Below, piece by piece: positions 7,141-15,714 of a stretch of DNA of 52,643 bases. Position 1 is the stretch's first letter, and every line of letters begins with the position of its first letter. The stretch is taken from the IMG/VR virus record IMGVR_UViG_3300028801_000004. One strand, given 5' to 3'. The notes under the pieces are model-generated. The model saw only the letters and a list, made by a program, of their open reading frames with translations. It was not told where the DNA came from and did no database searches. A program made the translations under genes and the position numbers. The DNA is from a virus.

Positions 7141-7321
7141 TCTCTACCGGCGCTGGCAACTGCATCAAAGGTCCAAGTCCCTGAGAGCCGAGATGGCACA
7201 CCTCGATGGTCTCATGCGCGTGGTGCCGAAGCGGATTCAGCAGATTGAAACGGAGCTGCTCAGCATTGAGTTGAAGCTGCTGCGCGGCCGGGTCAATGAA
7301 AGGTGGTATCAAGGGCTCTAG
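7133..7321 (+). CDS. Small coiled-coil hypothetical protein (62 aa)
   Basis: ATG 7133 overlaps the upstream stop region (ATGTTTAA). Heptad-like, Leu/Arg/Glu-rich. Confidence 0.5.
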   Translation: MFNLYRRWQLHQRSKSLRAEMAHLDGLMRVVPKRIQQIETELLSIELKLLRGRVNERWYQGL

Positions 7322-7339
7322 GCCCACAAGGAGAAAATC

Positions 7340-7678
7340 ATGTTTGCAATGATGGGTAATATCTTGGTGTTCTTGATGGCTCTGAGCTTGGTGATTGGGC
7401 TCCTATGGCTGGTTTTCGCCGTGTTTTGGTACGGGGCGTTTATGCTGGCGGCATCGGTGGTGCTCGGCGCCGTGCTCTTGGTGGTCGCGCAATTCGATGG
7501 CTGGCTGGCACTTGACGGGTGCGTGGCCGGTATATTCGTGATCGGTTGCATCCTGCTCCTGCAGTATGACGAGCGATCCTGGGATCGAGCCACTGCACAC
7601 AAGCTGGAATTGATGCGCGCCGGTATCGACCCCGCCGGCCAGCATAAGTCATGGTGGAAGCGAGCGAAAAATGGTTGA
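7340..7678 (+). CDS. Integral membrane protein (about 4 TM helices)
   Basis: AAGGAG lies 7 nt upstream. Long hydrophobic runs (LVFLMALSLVIGLLWLVFAVFWYGAFMLAASVVLGAVLLVVA...). Confidence 0.65.
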   Translation: MFAMMGNILVFLMALSLVIGLLWLVFAVFWYGAFMLAASVVLGAVLLVVAQFDGWLALDGCVAGIFVIGCILLLQYDERSWDRATAHKLELMRAGIDPAGQHKSWWKRAKNG

Positions 7679-7952
7679 TGCATTCGAAGTGCTTGGGGTC
7701 GATAAGTCGGCAACGTGCGAAAAGCTAAGAGCCCGGTGGCGCGCGCTGGCGTCTGAGCATCATCCCGACCGCGGCGGCGACGCTGGCAAGTTCGCAGAGA
7801 TGCGCAGGGCCTACGATGCAGCGCACCAAGTGGCGACGACTCGTGAATCGTGGTGCCAATCGTGTCATGGGCGCGGGTTCAAGCAAATACGCAAGGGGTT
7901 TTATTCGGCCCGCACGCCATGCGAAGAGTGCGACGGCATGGGCACGGTCTAG
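7671..7952 (+). CDS. J-domain co-chaperone (mini-DnaJ) with one CxxCxGxG zinc-finger pair
   Basis: FEVLGV...HHPDRGGD (HPD motif), then CQSCHGRG...CEECDGMG. 93 aa. Confidence 0.85.
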   Translation: MVDAFEVLGVDKSATCEKLRARWRALASEHHPDRGGDAGKFAEMRRAYDAAHQVATTRESWCQSCHGRGFKQIRKGFYSARTPCEECDGMGTV

Positions 7953-7961
7953 GAGATCGAA

Positions 7962-8303
7962 ATGAACGAGTTGCAGCCGATTAGCGAGATCGATTTCAGG
8001 GAAGTGGCGCTCACGCTCGACGGGTCATCGTACGACCGTTGTACGTTCGATCGGTGCGTATTGACGTACTACGGCTTGGGCCTGGTGAATATCTCGGGCT
8101 GCACGTTCAATGCCTGCCAGTTCAAGCTCGACGGACCGGCCGCCAATACGATGGCGCTGCTCACCTCGGTGTACCAGATCGGTTTCGGCGGCGCGGGTCT
8201 CGTGGAGTCGTTTTTCGCCGCGATCCGCAGCGGGGCAATGAATACAGAGTCGGCACCTGTGCCAGAGCCGACAAACGAAGTTGAGCAGCATTGGCTGCAC
8301 TAA
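7962..8303 (+). CDS. Hypothetical protein (113 aa)
   Basis: AGGAG lies 7 nt upstream of the ATG. Weak pentapeptide-repeat flavour (CTFDRCVL...CTFNACQF). Confidence 0.6.
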   Translation: MNELQPISEIDFREVALTLDGSSYDRCTFDRCVLTYYGLGLVNISGCTFNACQFKLDGPAANTMALLTSVYQIGFGGAGLVESFFAAIRSGAMNTESAPVPEPTNEVEQHWLH

Positions 8304-8313
8304 GGAGAAGAGC

Positions 8314-9513
8314 ATGTTTTACGGTACCTGCGGCGCGGCGCTCGGCAATCTGGAGCTGCCAGCTTCGAGATTTGTAGTAGGGGATATGGTGCAATTTCCA
8401 TCTGAGTACATCACGCATGTGAGGCACTTGGAAAACTGCTTGCTAGGTGGCTATCTGAGTGGACGCATCTCAGAGAAGAAGAGACAGATTACCGACTATG
8501 CGGTGGCATACGCCATCACGTTGGACGGCAACGCTGGGGAAGTCACGATCCGGGAAGGTGAGAACTTGTCATTCGTAGCACCAGCCAAGCGCGACTTGGT
8601 GTGGGTTGACGAAGCCGCCCCCATCGACCGGCCAGCAGGGGAAAGAATTTCGCAGCAAGATTCCAGGACCTGGGCAGATGGGGCATGGGCCGTGGACAAC
8701 GGCACTGAATTCGAATTCAAGACAGGCACCGGGCGCGCGGCACTGAGCCCCGAGGTGCAGAAGAGGTATGAAGAGAATCTGGCGCGGGCGAAAGAGTTCG
8801 TATCGAGACCATTCGGCAAGGTCGAGCGTCTCGGCGCATCGGGCCGCCAAGCAGGTAAGATCCAAGCGCTAGTGTCAGCCGCGGAAGTACAGAAGCAGTT
8901 CGCCAAGCACCTGTACCCGATGCCGGGGCAGAATGATATTACCCAGGGCAACAAGATCATCGAGCCGAGCCAGTACTATAAGGAGTTTCGCGCGCTGCTA
9001 GCGGTGAATATGGGCGTCGAAGACTACGAGCTTAGTGCTTACATGCGCGGCAAGGCTGGGCTTTTTAGCGATGCTAAGTCCTTGGCTGATATCGTGGAAG
9101 ACCAAGAGTTCGCCAAGGTGGTAGCTACGCGCCACGCAGCCCTGTGCGAAGCCGGGCGCGAGATCAACGAGAAAGTGATGAAAACCCTAGCCGAGAAAAT
9201 GTTCCCTGCAAAAGACCTGAAACCCCACGTTATGGGCCTCGACGCCGAGCAGTTGGGGGAAGCTGGTGACGAAGCGGTACAGAAAGATATGACTGCTTGG
9301 CGAACTGCTGTTGAGGATAAGGCGCACGAGCGATTCGGGCATGGCGTTAAAGTTGAGCACGTGCCGATGTCAGAGATCCTCAAGATGGTGCCCCCCGGTA
9401 AGACTCTCAACGACTTTGTAGCCAAACCCGAAAGTACGGAACCTCACATCATGGGCCTCGACGCCGAGAGCATCGACCCGGAAGCATTCAAAGCATTTGG
9501 TAAGACCCTGTAG
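8314..9513 (+). CDS. Hypothetical protein (399 aa) with a duplicated PH(V/I)MGLDAE motif
   Basis: ATG 8314 follows AAGGAG. An identical 18-mer occurs at 9232 and 9451, in frame both times. Confidence 0.7.
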   Translation: MFYGTCGAALGNLELPASRFVVGDMVQFPSEYITHVRHLENCLLGGYLSGRISEKKRQITDYAVAYAITLDGNAGEVTIREGENLSFVAPAKRDLVWVDEAAPIDRPAGERISQQDSRTWADGAWAVDNGTEFEFKTGTGRAALSPEVQKRYEENLARAKEFVSRPFGKVERLGASGRQAGKIQALVSAAEVQKQFAKHLYPMPGQNDITQGNKIIEPSQYYKEFRALLAVNMGVEDYELSAYMRGKAGLFSDAKSLADIVEDQEFAKVVATRHAALCEAGREINEKVMKTLAEKMFPAKDLKPHVMGLDAEQLGEAGDEAVQKDMTAWRTAVEDKAHERFGHGVKVEHVPMSEILKMVPPGKTLNDFVAKPESTEPHIMGLDAESIDPEAFKAFGKTL

Positions 9514-9563
9514 TTAAACCGCTGCACAACACTCGTACGAGTAACTAGCAAAGGAGTTTCAAA

Positions 9564-9968
9564 ATGGCTGCTGAGAAAAAACCTGCCGCGTTCAAACCCC
9601 CCAAGACCCTGGGGGCGTGCGCCGATCTGCTGTTCACCACGCGCAATGATCGCCTGACACTGCAAAAGCAAGTCGACGCACTTTCCGCGCAAGAAACGTC
9701 CCTGAAAGACCATATCATTGCCACGCTCCCCAAGAGCGACTCCACGGGCGTAGCAGGGAAGCTCGCGCGCGTCACGGTCGTGACCGATGAAGTGCCACAG
9801 GTCAAGGACTGGGATTTGTTCTACGCCTACGTGCACAAGAACAAGGCGTATGAGCTGCTGAATCGCGCTTTGTCCAAGGCCGGAGTCACTGAGCGCCTGG
9901 AGGCCGGCAAGAAGGTCGCAGGCGTCGAGATGTTCCCGGTGGTGAAGGTCAGCATAAATAAAGTCTGA
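9564..9968 (+). CDS. Hypothetical protein (134 aa)
   Basis: AAGGAG lies 8 nt upstream. Lys-rich N-terminus. Confidence 0.7.
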   Translation: MAAEKKPAAFKPPKTLGACADLLFTTRNDRLTLQKQVDALSAQETSLKDHIIATLPKSDSTGVAGKLARVTVVTDEVPQVKDWDLFYAYVHKNKAYELLNRALSKAGVTERLEAGKKVAGVEMFPVVKVSINKV

Positions 9969-9971
9969 TCC

Positions 9972-10328
9972 ATGAAACTCTCCCGCCACGCCGCAGAGAA
10001 CCTCGTGAAAGCCTGGCGAGCAGACGCCACGATCGGACAGCTAGGTGACGACGTAATTGCTGAACTGCACGCTGCGATCGGCTTCGTGCCCTTTGAGGTG
10101 CGGGTGCAGGTGATGATGGGCTGCACGAAGCTGACGACAGAGCTTCTGTGGGGCGGGGAATTCGATGCAGCCACAGCAGCAATCCAGAAGTTTGGGGTGT
10201 CGGTCGGCGTGAGGCTCTCGCCGCATGGGGTCAAGGCAGGTAGCGCGACGGCACAGAGGCGGGCAGATAATAGAAAAGCCAGGAAACTCGGGGCCATTCC
10301 GCCCGGCTCTTGGGGCACCAAGAAGTAA
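9972..10328 (+). CDS. Hypothetical protein (118 aa)
   Basis: Starts 3 nt after the upstream stop. Coding-like composition. Confidence 0.55.
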   Translation: MKLSRHAAENLVKAWRADATIGQLGDDVIAELHAAIGFVPFEVRVQVMMGCTKLTTELLWGGEFDAATAAIQKFGVSVGVRLSPHGVKAGSATAQRRADNRKARKLGAIPPGSWGTKK

Positions 10329-10409
10329 GCACCCCAGAACCCGGCGCTGGGGTCGCGAAGTACCAAGCCGGTTTGTTTATCTCGTTCTTACCTCTAAGGA
10401 TCTTGAATC

Positions 10410-11243
10410 ATGGCAACGAAGAAAGCAGCAACCACAGCAGTGACGAATTACGACGAAGAGTTGGCAGCACAGGCCCAAGTGGCCGCGGGCATGGAAGCCT
10501 CGACCGCAAGCGGCCAATTCTTTGGCCTGCAGTCGGGCGTCTTGACCTACAACGACGCGCCGCTGCCAAACAACGAGATGGCCGTTATTATCCTCGACGG
10601 TATCTTGGAAAACGTGTTCTACGAGGGCGCGTACGACCCCCAGACGCCGCAGTCGCCGATGTGCTTCGCATTTGGCCGCGACGAGGCAACGATGGCGCCC
10701 CACGAGCTTGTGGTGGCCGCAGGGAATCAGCAGTGCGGCGCCAGTGGTCAGTGTCGCGGCTGCGACAAGAACGAGTTCGGTTCGGCCGACATCGGTAAGG
10801 GCAAGGCGTGCCGCAACACGCGCCGCCTCGCGATGATCTCCGCAGGTACGCTGGAGCAGCAGGTGCGCAATGGTCCGACGATGTTCCAGGCGTACGACGA
10901 CCTGGCGTACTTCGAGACAGCGCCGATCGGCTACATGAAGTTGCCGGTGATGAGCGTCAAGGGCTATGCCGGGTTCGTGAAGCAAGTAGCCGGCGCCATG
11001 TCGCGCCCCCCGCACGGCATATTCACGAAAGTGCGCGTGGTGCCAGACCCCAAGAGCCAGTTCCGTGTCCTGTTCGAGCCCTTGGGGGCGATTCCCGGCG
11101 AATTGATGGGCGCGATCATGGCCCGCCATCGTGAAGCGGTCGATGCGATCGAGTTTCCATACACGCCAGCTGAAGAGCGCGCGGCACCGGTGAAGAAGGC
11201 AGGCGCTCGGGCCGTGGCGCCGGGCAAGGGTAAGAAGTACTGA
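10410..11243 (+). CDS. Conserved-looking phage protein with a Cys cluster (C..CGASGQCRGC..GKGKACRNTRR); function unknown, possibly DNA-binding
   Basis: AAGGA SD. 277 aa. Position in the replication/recombination arm. No family recognised with confidence. Confidence 0.65.
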   Translation: MATKKAATTAVTNYDEELAAQAQVAAGMEASTASGQFFGLQSGVLTYNDAPLPNNEMAVIILDGILENVFYEGAYDPQTPQSPMCFAFGRDEATMAPHELVVAAGNQQCGASGQCRGCDKNEFGSADIGKGKACRNTRRLAMISAGTLEQQVRNGPTMFQAYDDLAYFETAPIGYMKLPVMSVKGYAGFVKQVAGAMSRPPHGIFTKVRVVPDPKSQFRVLFEPLGAIPGELMGAIMARHREAVDAIEFPYTPAEERAAPVKKAGARAVAPGKGKKY

Positions 11244-11380
11244 GCAGGAAAGCCTGGGCAATAAGGCAGCTAAGCGGCTCTTCGGGGCGGCATTGTCCTA
11301 GCACCTAATCCGAGTGGGTGTTTGCCGAATAGATTCGGAACCGCCCAGGTTCTACGATTCAAAACGCTGAGGACGAGATC

Positions 11381-12097
11381 ATGACCGAAGAAAAGATCAA
11401 CGCACTGGCCGAGGCCGTGCGCGAGGTGATTAGCCATAATCCTAAATGGTTCGCCTGCAAGAACGAACTTTGGGTCGCGCTGACCGAGTTCGACGCTCAG
11501 CGCCTGCACAAGACTTCCCACCTGCATCCGGTGGCGGGGGAAGAGACCACTACCGTGGTTCGGGCGGAGCCCTTCGTGGTCAAACACTACGTTGGCGAGG
11601 ATCGGCCGAGCGTAAAGGGCAATGGGTTCGATGGCTTGGAGATTGGTACCACCCGAGAAGACTCAGCCGATTTTATCAACTTCATCAATGACCGGATTGC
11701 TGTCGGTGGCAAGTACACCCCACCGCAGAAGTCGACACGTCTGCCCCCGGTGGCGGGGGAGGAGACTCCGTACGCTGCAAGTCCCGTGAATTCTTGGGAG
11801 TGGCTGCGTGGCGTCATGGACGGCCTCCCAACACGAGAAGAGCAGCTCGGTGGCCAGCGCACGTTGTACGTCCAGAAGGATGAGGTCATGGGGTGGATTG
11901 CAGAGGGGTTAGAGCGGCACGCAATCTTCGCGGATCGCCGCCCGCAACTGCCCAAGGATATGCAAAAAGTCCTCGAAGGTCTGGAACTTGTGAAACTGAA
12001 CATCCCGGCCCTGGGCTCGAACGAGCCGATCGGGGACCTTGAACGATTGCACTATGTGCTCGACGCGGTGATCAAGACTGTGAAGGGAGGTGCGTGA
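11381..12097 (+). CDS. Hypothetical protein (238 aa) with a duplicated PVAGEET motif
   Basis: GAGGA lies 8 nt upstream. A near-identical 20-mer occurs at 11528 and 11747. Confidence 0.7.
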   Translation: MTEEKINALAEAVREVISHNPKWFACKNELWVALTEFDAQRLHKTSHLHPVAGEETTTVVRAEPFVVKHYVGEDRPSVKGNGFDGLEIGTTREDSADFINFINDRIAVGGKYTPPQKSTRLPPVAGEETPYAASPVNSWEWLRGVMDGLPTREEQLGGQRTLYVQKDEVMGWIAEGLERHAIFADRRPQLPKDMQKVLEGLELVKLNIPALGSNEPIGDLERLHYVLDAVIKTVKGGA

Positions 12098-12369
12098 TGA
12101 AACTGACTCGATCTATCGAGCGCTGGGCCAAATGCTCACCCGATGTCATGAGCGAAATGTCCATCGCTGCGATCTGCTTTGCTTTCAAGGACGCGAAGCA
12201 TTATATTGCCGCCCTCACCGCCTCGCATACAGCACTACTAGCAGCGCTTGAATGGGTGATGGAGAACGGCCGGCTGAGCTACGCTCGCCGTCTGAAAAAT
12301 GATCCCGGCGATGCCGCCAAGCTGGTTTCGATACGCGCCGCTATTAAGGCCACGAAGGAGTTGGGGTAA
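12094..12369 (+). CDS. Hypothetical protein (91 aa); paralogue of the 12572-12769 product
   Basis: ATGA overlap. Shares ..ASH(T/A)ALLAALE.. and ..AAIK(A/T)(T/A)KELG with the 65-aa ORF. Confidence 0.6.
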   Translation: MMKLTRSIERWAKCSPDVMSEMSIAAICFAFKDAKHYIAALTASHTALLAALEWVMENGRLSYARRLKNDPGDAAKLVSIRAAIKATKELG

Positions 12370-12575
12370 TGGGCTTCGTACGCTATCTATTAGGAGTTAC
12401 CGCGATCTGTGCGGTCTGCGTCTTGATCTTTGCAGTTCTGATCATTGCTGCCGGTATGACCTTTAGCGGCGACACCGTAGAGTGGTGGCCCAGGCCTTTA
12501 GGGGTTTTTATCTTGGGTGCCTTTTTTATAGCTGTCTGTTACGTCTTCTATAGGTCGGGAAAGGAACAATCATGA
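12369..12575 (+). CDS. Small membrane protein (2 TM)
   Basis: TAATG overlap. Hydrophobic segments AICAVCVLIFAVLIIAAGM and LGVFILGAFFIAVCYVF. Confidence 0.6.
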   Translation: MGFVRYLLGVTAICAVCVLIFAVLIIAAGMTFSGDTVEWWPRPLGVFILGAFFIAVCYVFYRSGKEQS

Positions 12576-12769
12576 GCAAACCTATTAGCGATCCCGACAA
12601 GAGCACTGGAATTTATCGTGATGCCCTCGCCGCCTCGCATGCAGCACTACTGGCGGCACTTGAGATGATCCATCTGAGCTTTGGCGGTGGAAATGTGATC
12701 ACGTTCAGTGACAGCGATATCGAGCAAATAGCAGCCGCTATCAAGACTGCAAAGGAGTTGGGATGCTGA
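12572..12769 (+). CDS. Hypothetical protein (65 aa); chimeric paralogue
   Basis: Its SD plus first 7 codons match the start of the 12988 gene. Its body matches the 12094 gene. Confidence 0.55.
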   Translation: MSKPISDPDKSTGIYRDALAASHAALLAALEMIHLSFGGGNVITFSDSDIEQIAAAIKTAKELGC

Positions 12770-12975
12770 ACTTCGATGCATGGCTGCGCCAGCCAATAGC
12801 AGAAGCGCCAAAAGAGCGAGAACTTCCCGAGGGAATAACCGAGGACGGCAAAGGCGGATATGAGGCGCTATGCCGATGCTGCGAGAGATACAAGCCGTTG
12901 CACTGGGACATATCAGAAGTCCCGATGGAAGGCTATGAACACTGGTGCGGCGAATCTCCGCGTTGCTGTCCATAA
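12763..12975 (+). CDS. Cys-rich small protein (70 aa)
   Basis: CRCC...C...CC pattern. Overlaps the upstream gene by 7 nt. Confidence 0.5.
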   Translation: MLNFDAWLRQPIAEAPKERELPEGITEDGKGGYEALCRCCERYKPLHWDISEVPMEGYEHWCGESPRCCP

Positions 12976-12987
12976 AAAGGAACAATC

Positions 12988-14190
12988 ATGAGCAGACCTA
13001 TTAGCGATGAGCGGGCGGCGTTTGAAAAATACTGGACCGACAACTATACCGGGCCGCTGACCGTCGATGACTATCCGGCGACTGACGCACAGCTTTGCTG
13101 GCTAGGTTGGCAAGCAGCGCTCACCCACAAGAGCGATGGGGCTGTGCCTGCATCGGACTTGAGGCCTGGAATACCTTGCTCCGAATACCGTGCGGGCTTT
13201 CGCCAAGGGTACTCAGAGGGTTCAGTAGAGGGTGCATTTGATCGCGCTATCGAATCTGCTGCGCCCGTCGCTGTGCCGGTAGATGCGAACCAAACGCAGC
13301 ACGACGATGACGATGCCGTTGATCTCTTCGCGGGTGCGATGAAAGCGAAGTTGGCAGTGGCGCGCGCTAACGGTCGCAGTGGGTGGGAACAGTGCTCTGG
13401 GGCGGATCTTTCCACGATGCTGCGCGAGCACGTAGAAAAAGGCGATCCTCGGGATGTAGCGAACTTCTGTATGTTCCTGTGGAACCTGGAACAGAGAATT
13501 GCCGCAATTCCTGTTTTGCCGGTAGATGCCGGAGTGCGTGCGCGAGCCGTAAGAATCATTGAGCAATTAGAGGTCGCTACGACGCCAGACATTCTGCTTA
13601 AACATACGCAGATCGCTGGCTTAGCTTTCTCGCTTCTGCGGGAGATTGTCGCCACCCCCGCGCCCCATAGCGGTGAGGCTGCACCCGCGCAGGGTGAGCC
13701 GACCGACGAAACGCTAGAGCAACTTGCCTCCTCGTGCGGTTTATACGGCGCTCGGAAAGCCGCTGTTGCGTATGCGCATGAGGTATTGAAGCTCGCCGCT
13801 CCCCTTCCTCGCGCCAGCGATGCGCCTATCGGTGAAGCTGGGGGAGTGGTGGCGGAGCCGGCGTTTTGGGCTGACGATGAGCAAATGGCCGAATGGTATG
13901 CGGGAAAGCGTGGAGCGATAGATATTCGCGTCGTCTCAATTCGGCTTGGCTCTTGTAACACGCCGCTATTCGCCGCCCAGCCGCAAGCAGCGCCGAGCGG
14001 GCTGAGTGATGCGCAGGTCAGGTACACCAAAGAATCCCTAGGTAAGGCGTATAGGCTCGGGCAGGTGTACTGGCAACAAGCTGACAGCGACTCTTGGAGG
14101 CAGCAAGATAAGTCGAGTGAGACGCAGGATAAGTTCGAAACTTTAGTTAGCGAGACGATAGATTATCTACGTCTTGTGCAAGGATCTTGA
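12988..14190 (+). CDS. Hypothetical multi-domain protein (400 aa)
   Basis: AAAGGA SD. The segment AVDLFAGAMKAKL..NGRSGWE..HVEKGDPRDVANFCMFLW resembles a widespread uncharacterised phage/prophage domain (from memory). Confidence 0.7.
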   Translation: MSRPISDERAAFEKYWTDNYTGPLTVDDYPATDAQLCWLGWQAALTHKSDGAVPASDLRPGIPCSEYRAGFRQGYSEGSVEGAFDRAIESAAPVAVPVDANQTQHDDDDAVDLFAGAMKAKLAVARANGRSGWEQCSGADLSTMLREHVEKGDPRDVANFCMFLWNLEQRIAAIPVLPVDAGVRARAVRIIEQLEVATTPDILLKHTQIAGLAFSLLREIVATPAPHSGEAAPAQGEPTDETLEQLASSCGLYGARKAAVAYAHEVLKLAAPLPRASDAPIGEAGGVVAEPAFWADDEQMAEWYAGKRGAIDIRVVSIRLGSCNTPLFAAQPQAAPSGLSDAQVRYTKESLGKAYRLGQVYWQQADSDSWRQQDKSSETQDKFETLVSETIDYLRLVQGS

Positions 14191-14191
14191 A

Positions 14192-14569
14192 ATGGAAAAC
14201 AAACTCGCGAATTTTACGGTCTCCGAGCTAGAGATGGAGTTGGCTCGGCGGCGGAATTTTCAGGGCATTGACCTTAGTGCAACGGAGCGCAAAAATTTCG
14301 TGGCCCCGCCGCCCACAGAGGCACAAGAGAGGCAACTTAGATTCTATGCCCAAGATGAGTGTCGGGCCGAGACCCCTAAGGAAGATTTGATGCGCATGCA
14401 GAACCAAGGGCGGCAAGCTGTTGAAACTCCGTACTGGCTGTGTTGTGGCTCGACGGACCCGCTCGCGCACACAGGGTCTCCTGGCTCGTGCTACAGGGCT
14501 AATCCAGGGCACCCCGAACGAATCCAATTCGGGACTTTGGCTGAGCACCGGGCAAAAGGTGTGGCATGA
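14192..14569 (+). CDS. Hypothetical protein (125 aa)
   Basis: ATG lies 1 nt after the upstream stop, with AGGA upstream. Confidence 0.55.
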   Translation: MENKLANFTVSELEMELARRRNFQGIDLSATERKNFVAPPPTEAQERQLRFYAQDECRAETPKEDLMRMQNQGRQAVETPYWLCCGSTDPLAHTGSPGSCYRANPGHPERIQFGTLAEHRAKGVA

Positions 14570-14754
14570 CCCCGCTAGAGCTTAGAGCCCGGCGCAGAGC
14601 ACGCTCAACCCCGAGAAAGATCAAGGCTGGTGAATGGGTTGAGGCACCCCCTGATCTTTTCGGGCCGTCTGACCGCATGGTTGGGCTCATGGTACTCGGG
14701 CCGCTGGGCGTGGCGGTTGGTTTTATCGTTTGGATTTTGCGGGGGTGGGTATGA
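14566..14754 (+). CDS. Small protein with a C-terminal TM helix (62 aa)
   Basis: ATGA overlap. Arg-rich N-terminus, then MVGLMVLGPLGVAVGFIVWIL. Confidence 0.45.
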   Translation: MTPLELRARRRARSTPRKIKAGEWVEAPPDLFGPSDRMVGLMVLGPLGVAVGFIVWILRGWV

Positions 14755-15011
14755 AATTCTGCAAAGACTGTAGGCACTACGTGCCCGTGGAAAAGTTCAC
14801 CGGGTTGAAACCGGGAGACGGGTACGCTATGGCGATGACCCCAGGGGCTCCAGAACGTTGCGCAGCCAATCCGGTCTCCGAAGAACTGAATAGAGTGACG
14901 GGCGGACCAAAAAAACTTTTCGTCGGCAGCCCGTATCAAAACAGATACGACGAGAGTCTGTGCGGGCAGATAGCCCGTTGGTTCGAACCGATTGAAGAAG
15001 AAAAGCCATGA
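14751..15011 (+). CDS. Small Cys-containing protein (MKFCKDCRHY..., 86 aa)
   Basis: ATGA overlap with the upstream stop. Confidence 0.55.
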   Translation: MKFCKDCRHYVPVEKFTGLKPGDGYAMAMTPGAPERCAANPVSEELNRVTGGPKKLFVGSPYQNRYDESLCGQIARWFEPIEEEKP

Positions 15012-15523
15012 CCAAAAAACCCACACCGGTCGTTATGAACGTACCGGTCTCGCAGAAGCCCCCGGGCAAGCCTATCGTGCGTCAAGCGTCAGAGGCCGAT
15101 GTTGCACGCACGGTGAAAACGATCGCGGCGGGCGGCGGGATGCGCCTCGTGTTCGATAAGCCTTTGAACATCGAGCCCGAAGAAGAGGCGACGTTTCAGA
15201 ACATCGCGGACCAGATCGCCCGCACGTCGGCGCGAGTGAAAAAGATCCCGAAACGGCGCCCCAAGATCACGAAGCGAAAAGTCAAGGCGAAAGCGCTTGA
15301 GGCCGTGGGGATCGAGAAGGCCGGCATCGATAGCTGGACGGACATGAACACGTACCTGGTGACGTGCACGGAAGCGCAGGCGATCGAACTGCTGATCCTG
15401 GAACTGTCAGGCAAGGCGCGAGCCGTGTACGTGCACCGCATCCACGGGCGTATCAATAAGCTCCGGGCCCATCGTGAGCGCGGTGAGTTGCTGGCCAAAT
15501 GCCGAGTGCAGGGGCGGATATGA
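15008..15523 (+). CDS. Hypothetical basic protein (171 aa)
   Basis: ATGA overlap. Contains a Lys/Arg-rich central stretch. Confidence 0.6.
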   Translation: MTKKPTPVVMNVPVSQKPPGKPIVRQASEADVARTVKTIAAGGGMRLVFDKPLNIEPEEEATFQNIADQIARTSARVKKIPKRRPKITKRKVKAKALEAVGIEKAGIDSWTDMNTYLVTCTEAQAIELLILELSGKARAVYVHRIHGRINKLRAHRERGELLAKCRVQGRI

Positions 15524-15714
15524 AACGCTATAACAGAGCTAAGACGCACGAAGAGAAAATGGCAGCTTTAAATTTCGCGATCGTGTGCGCGAATGCGGGT
15601 ACGATCTTGGGCCTGCTCACGATGGTGCTGGCGCTGACCGGCTTGGTGTGGTGGCCAACTACGATCTTAGCGGCAGGCTTGGTTGCGTTCGCTTGGTGGT
15701 GGGGGCGTGATTGA
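15520..15714 (+). CDS. Small membrane protein (64 aa, 2 TM)
   Basis: ATGA overlap. Hydrophobic segments FAIVCANAGTILGLLTMVLALTGLVWW and ILAAGLVAFAWWW. Confidence 0.5.
   Translation: MKRYNRAKTHEEKMAALNFAIVCANAGTILGLLTMVLALTGLVWWPTTILAAGLVAFAWWWGRD

Noticed and set aside
11365-11378. A 14-mer CGCTGAGGACGAGA shared with 21628-21641 (and CGCTGAGGAC at 5998-6007) as a conserved regulatory box
   Set aside because: In two of the three places it is simply the GAGGA Shine-Dalgarno in context. A few exact 14-mer coincidences are expected by chance in a 52-kb genome.
9232-11766. The identical 219-nt (73-codon) spacing of internal motif repeats in two different genes as a meaningful periodicity
   Set aside because: The repeated motifs are unrelated in sequence and the genes are not homologous. 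Coincidence is most likely, so this is kept only as a note.
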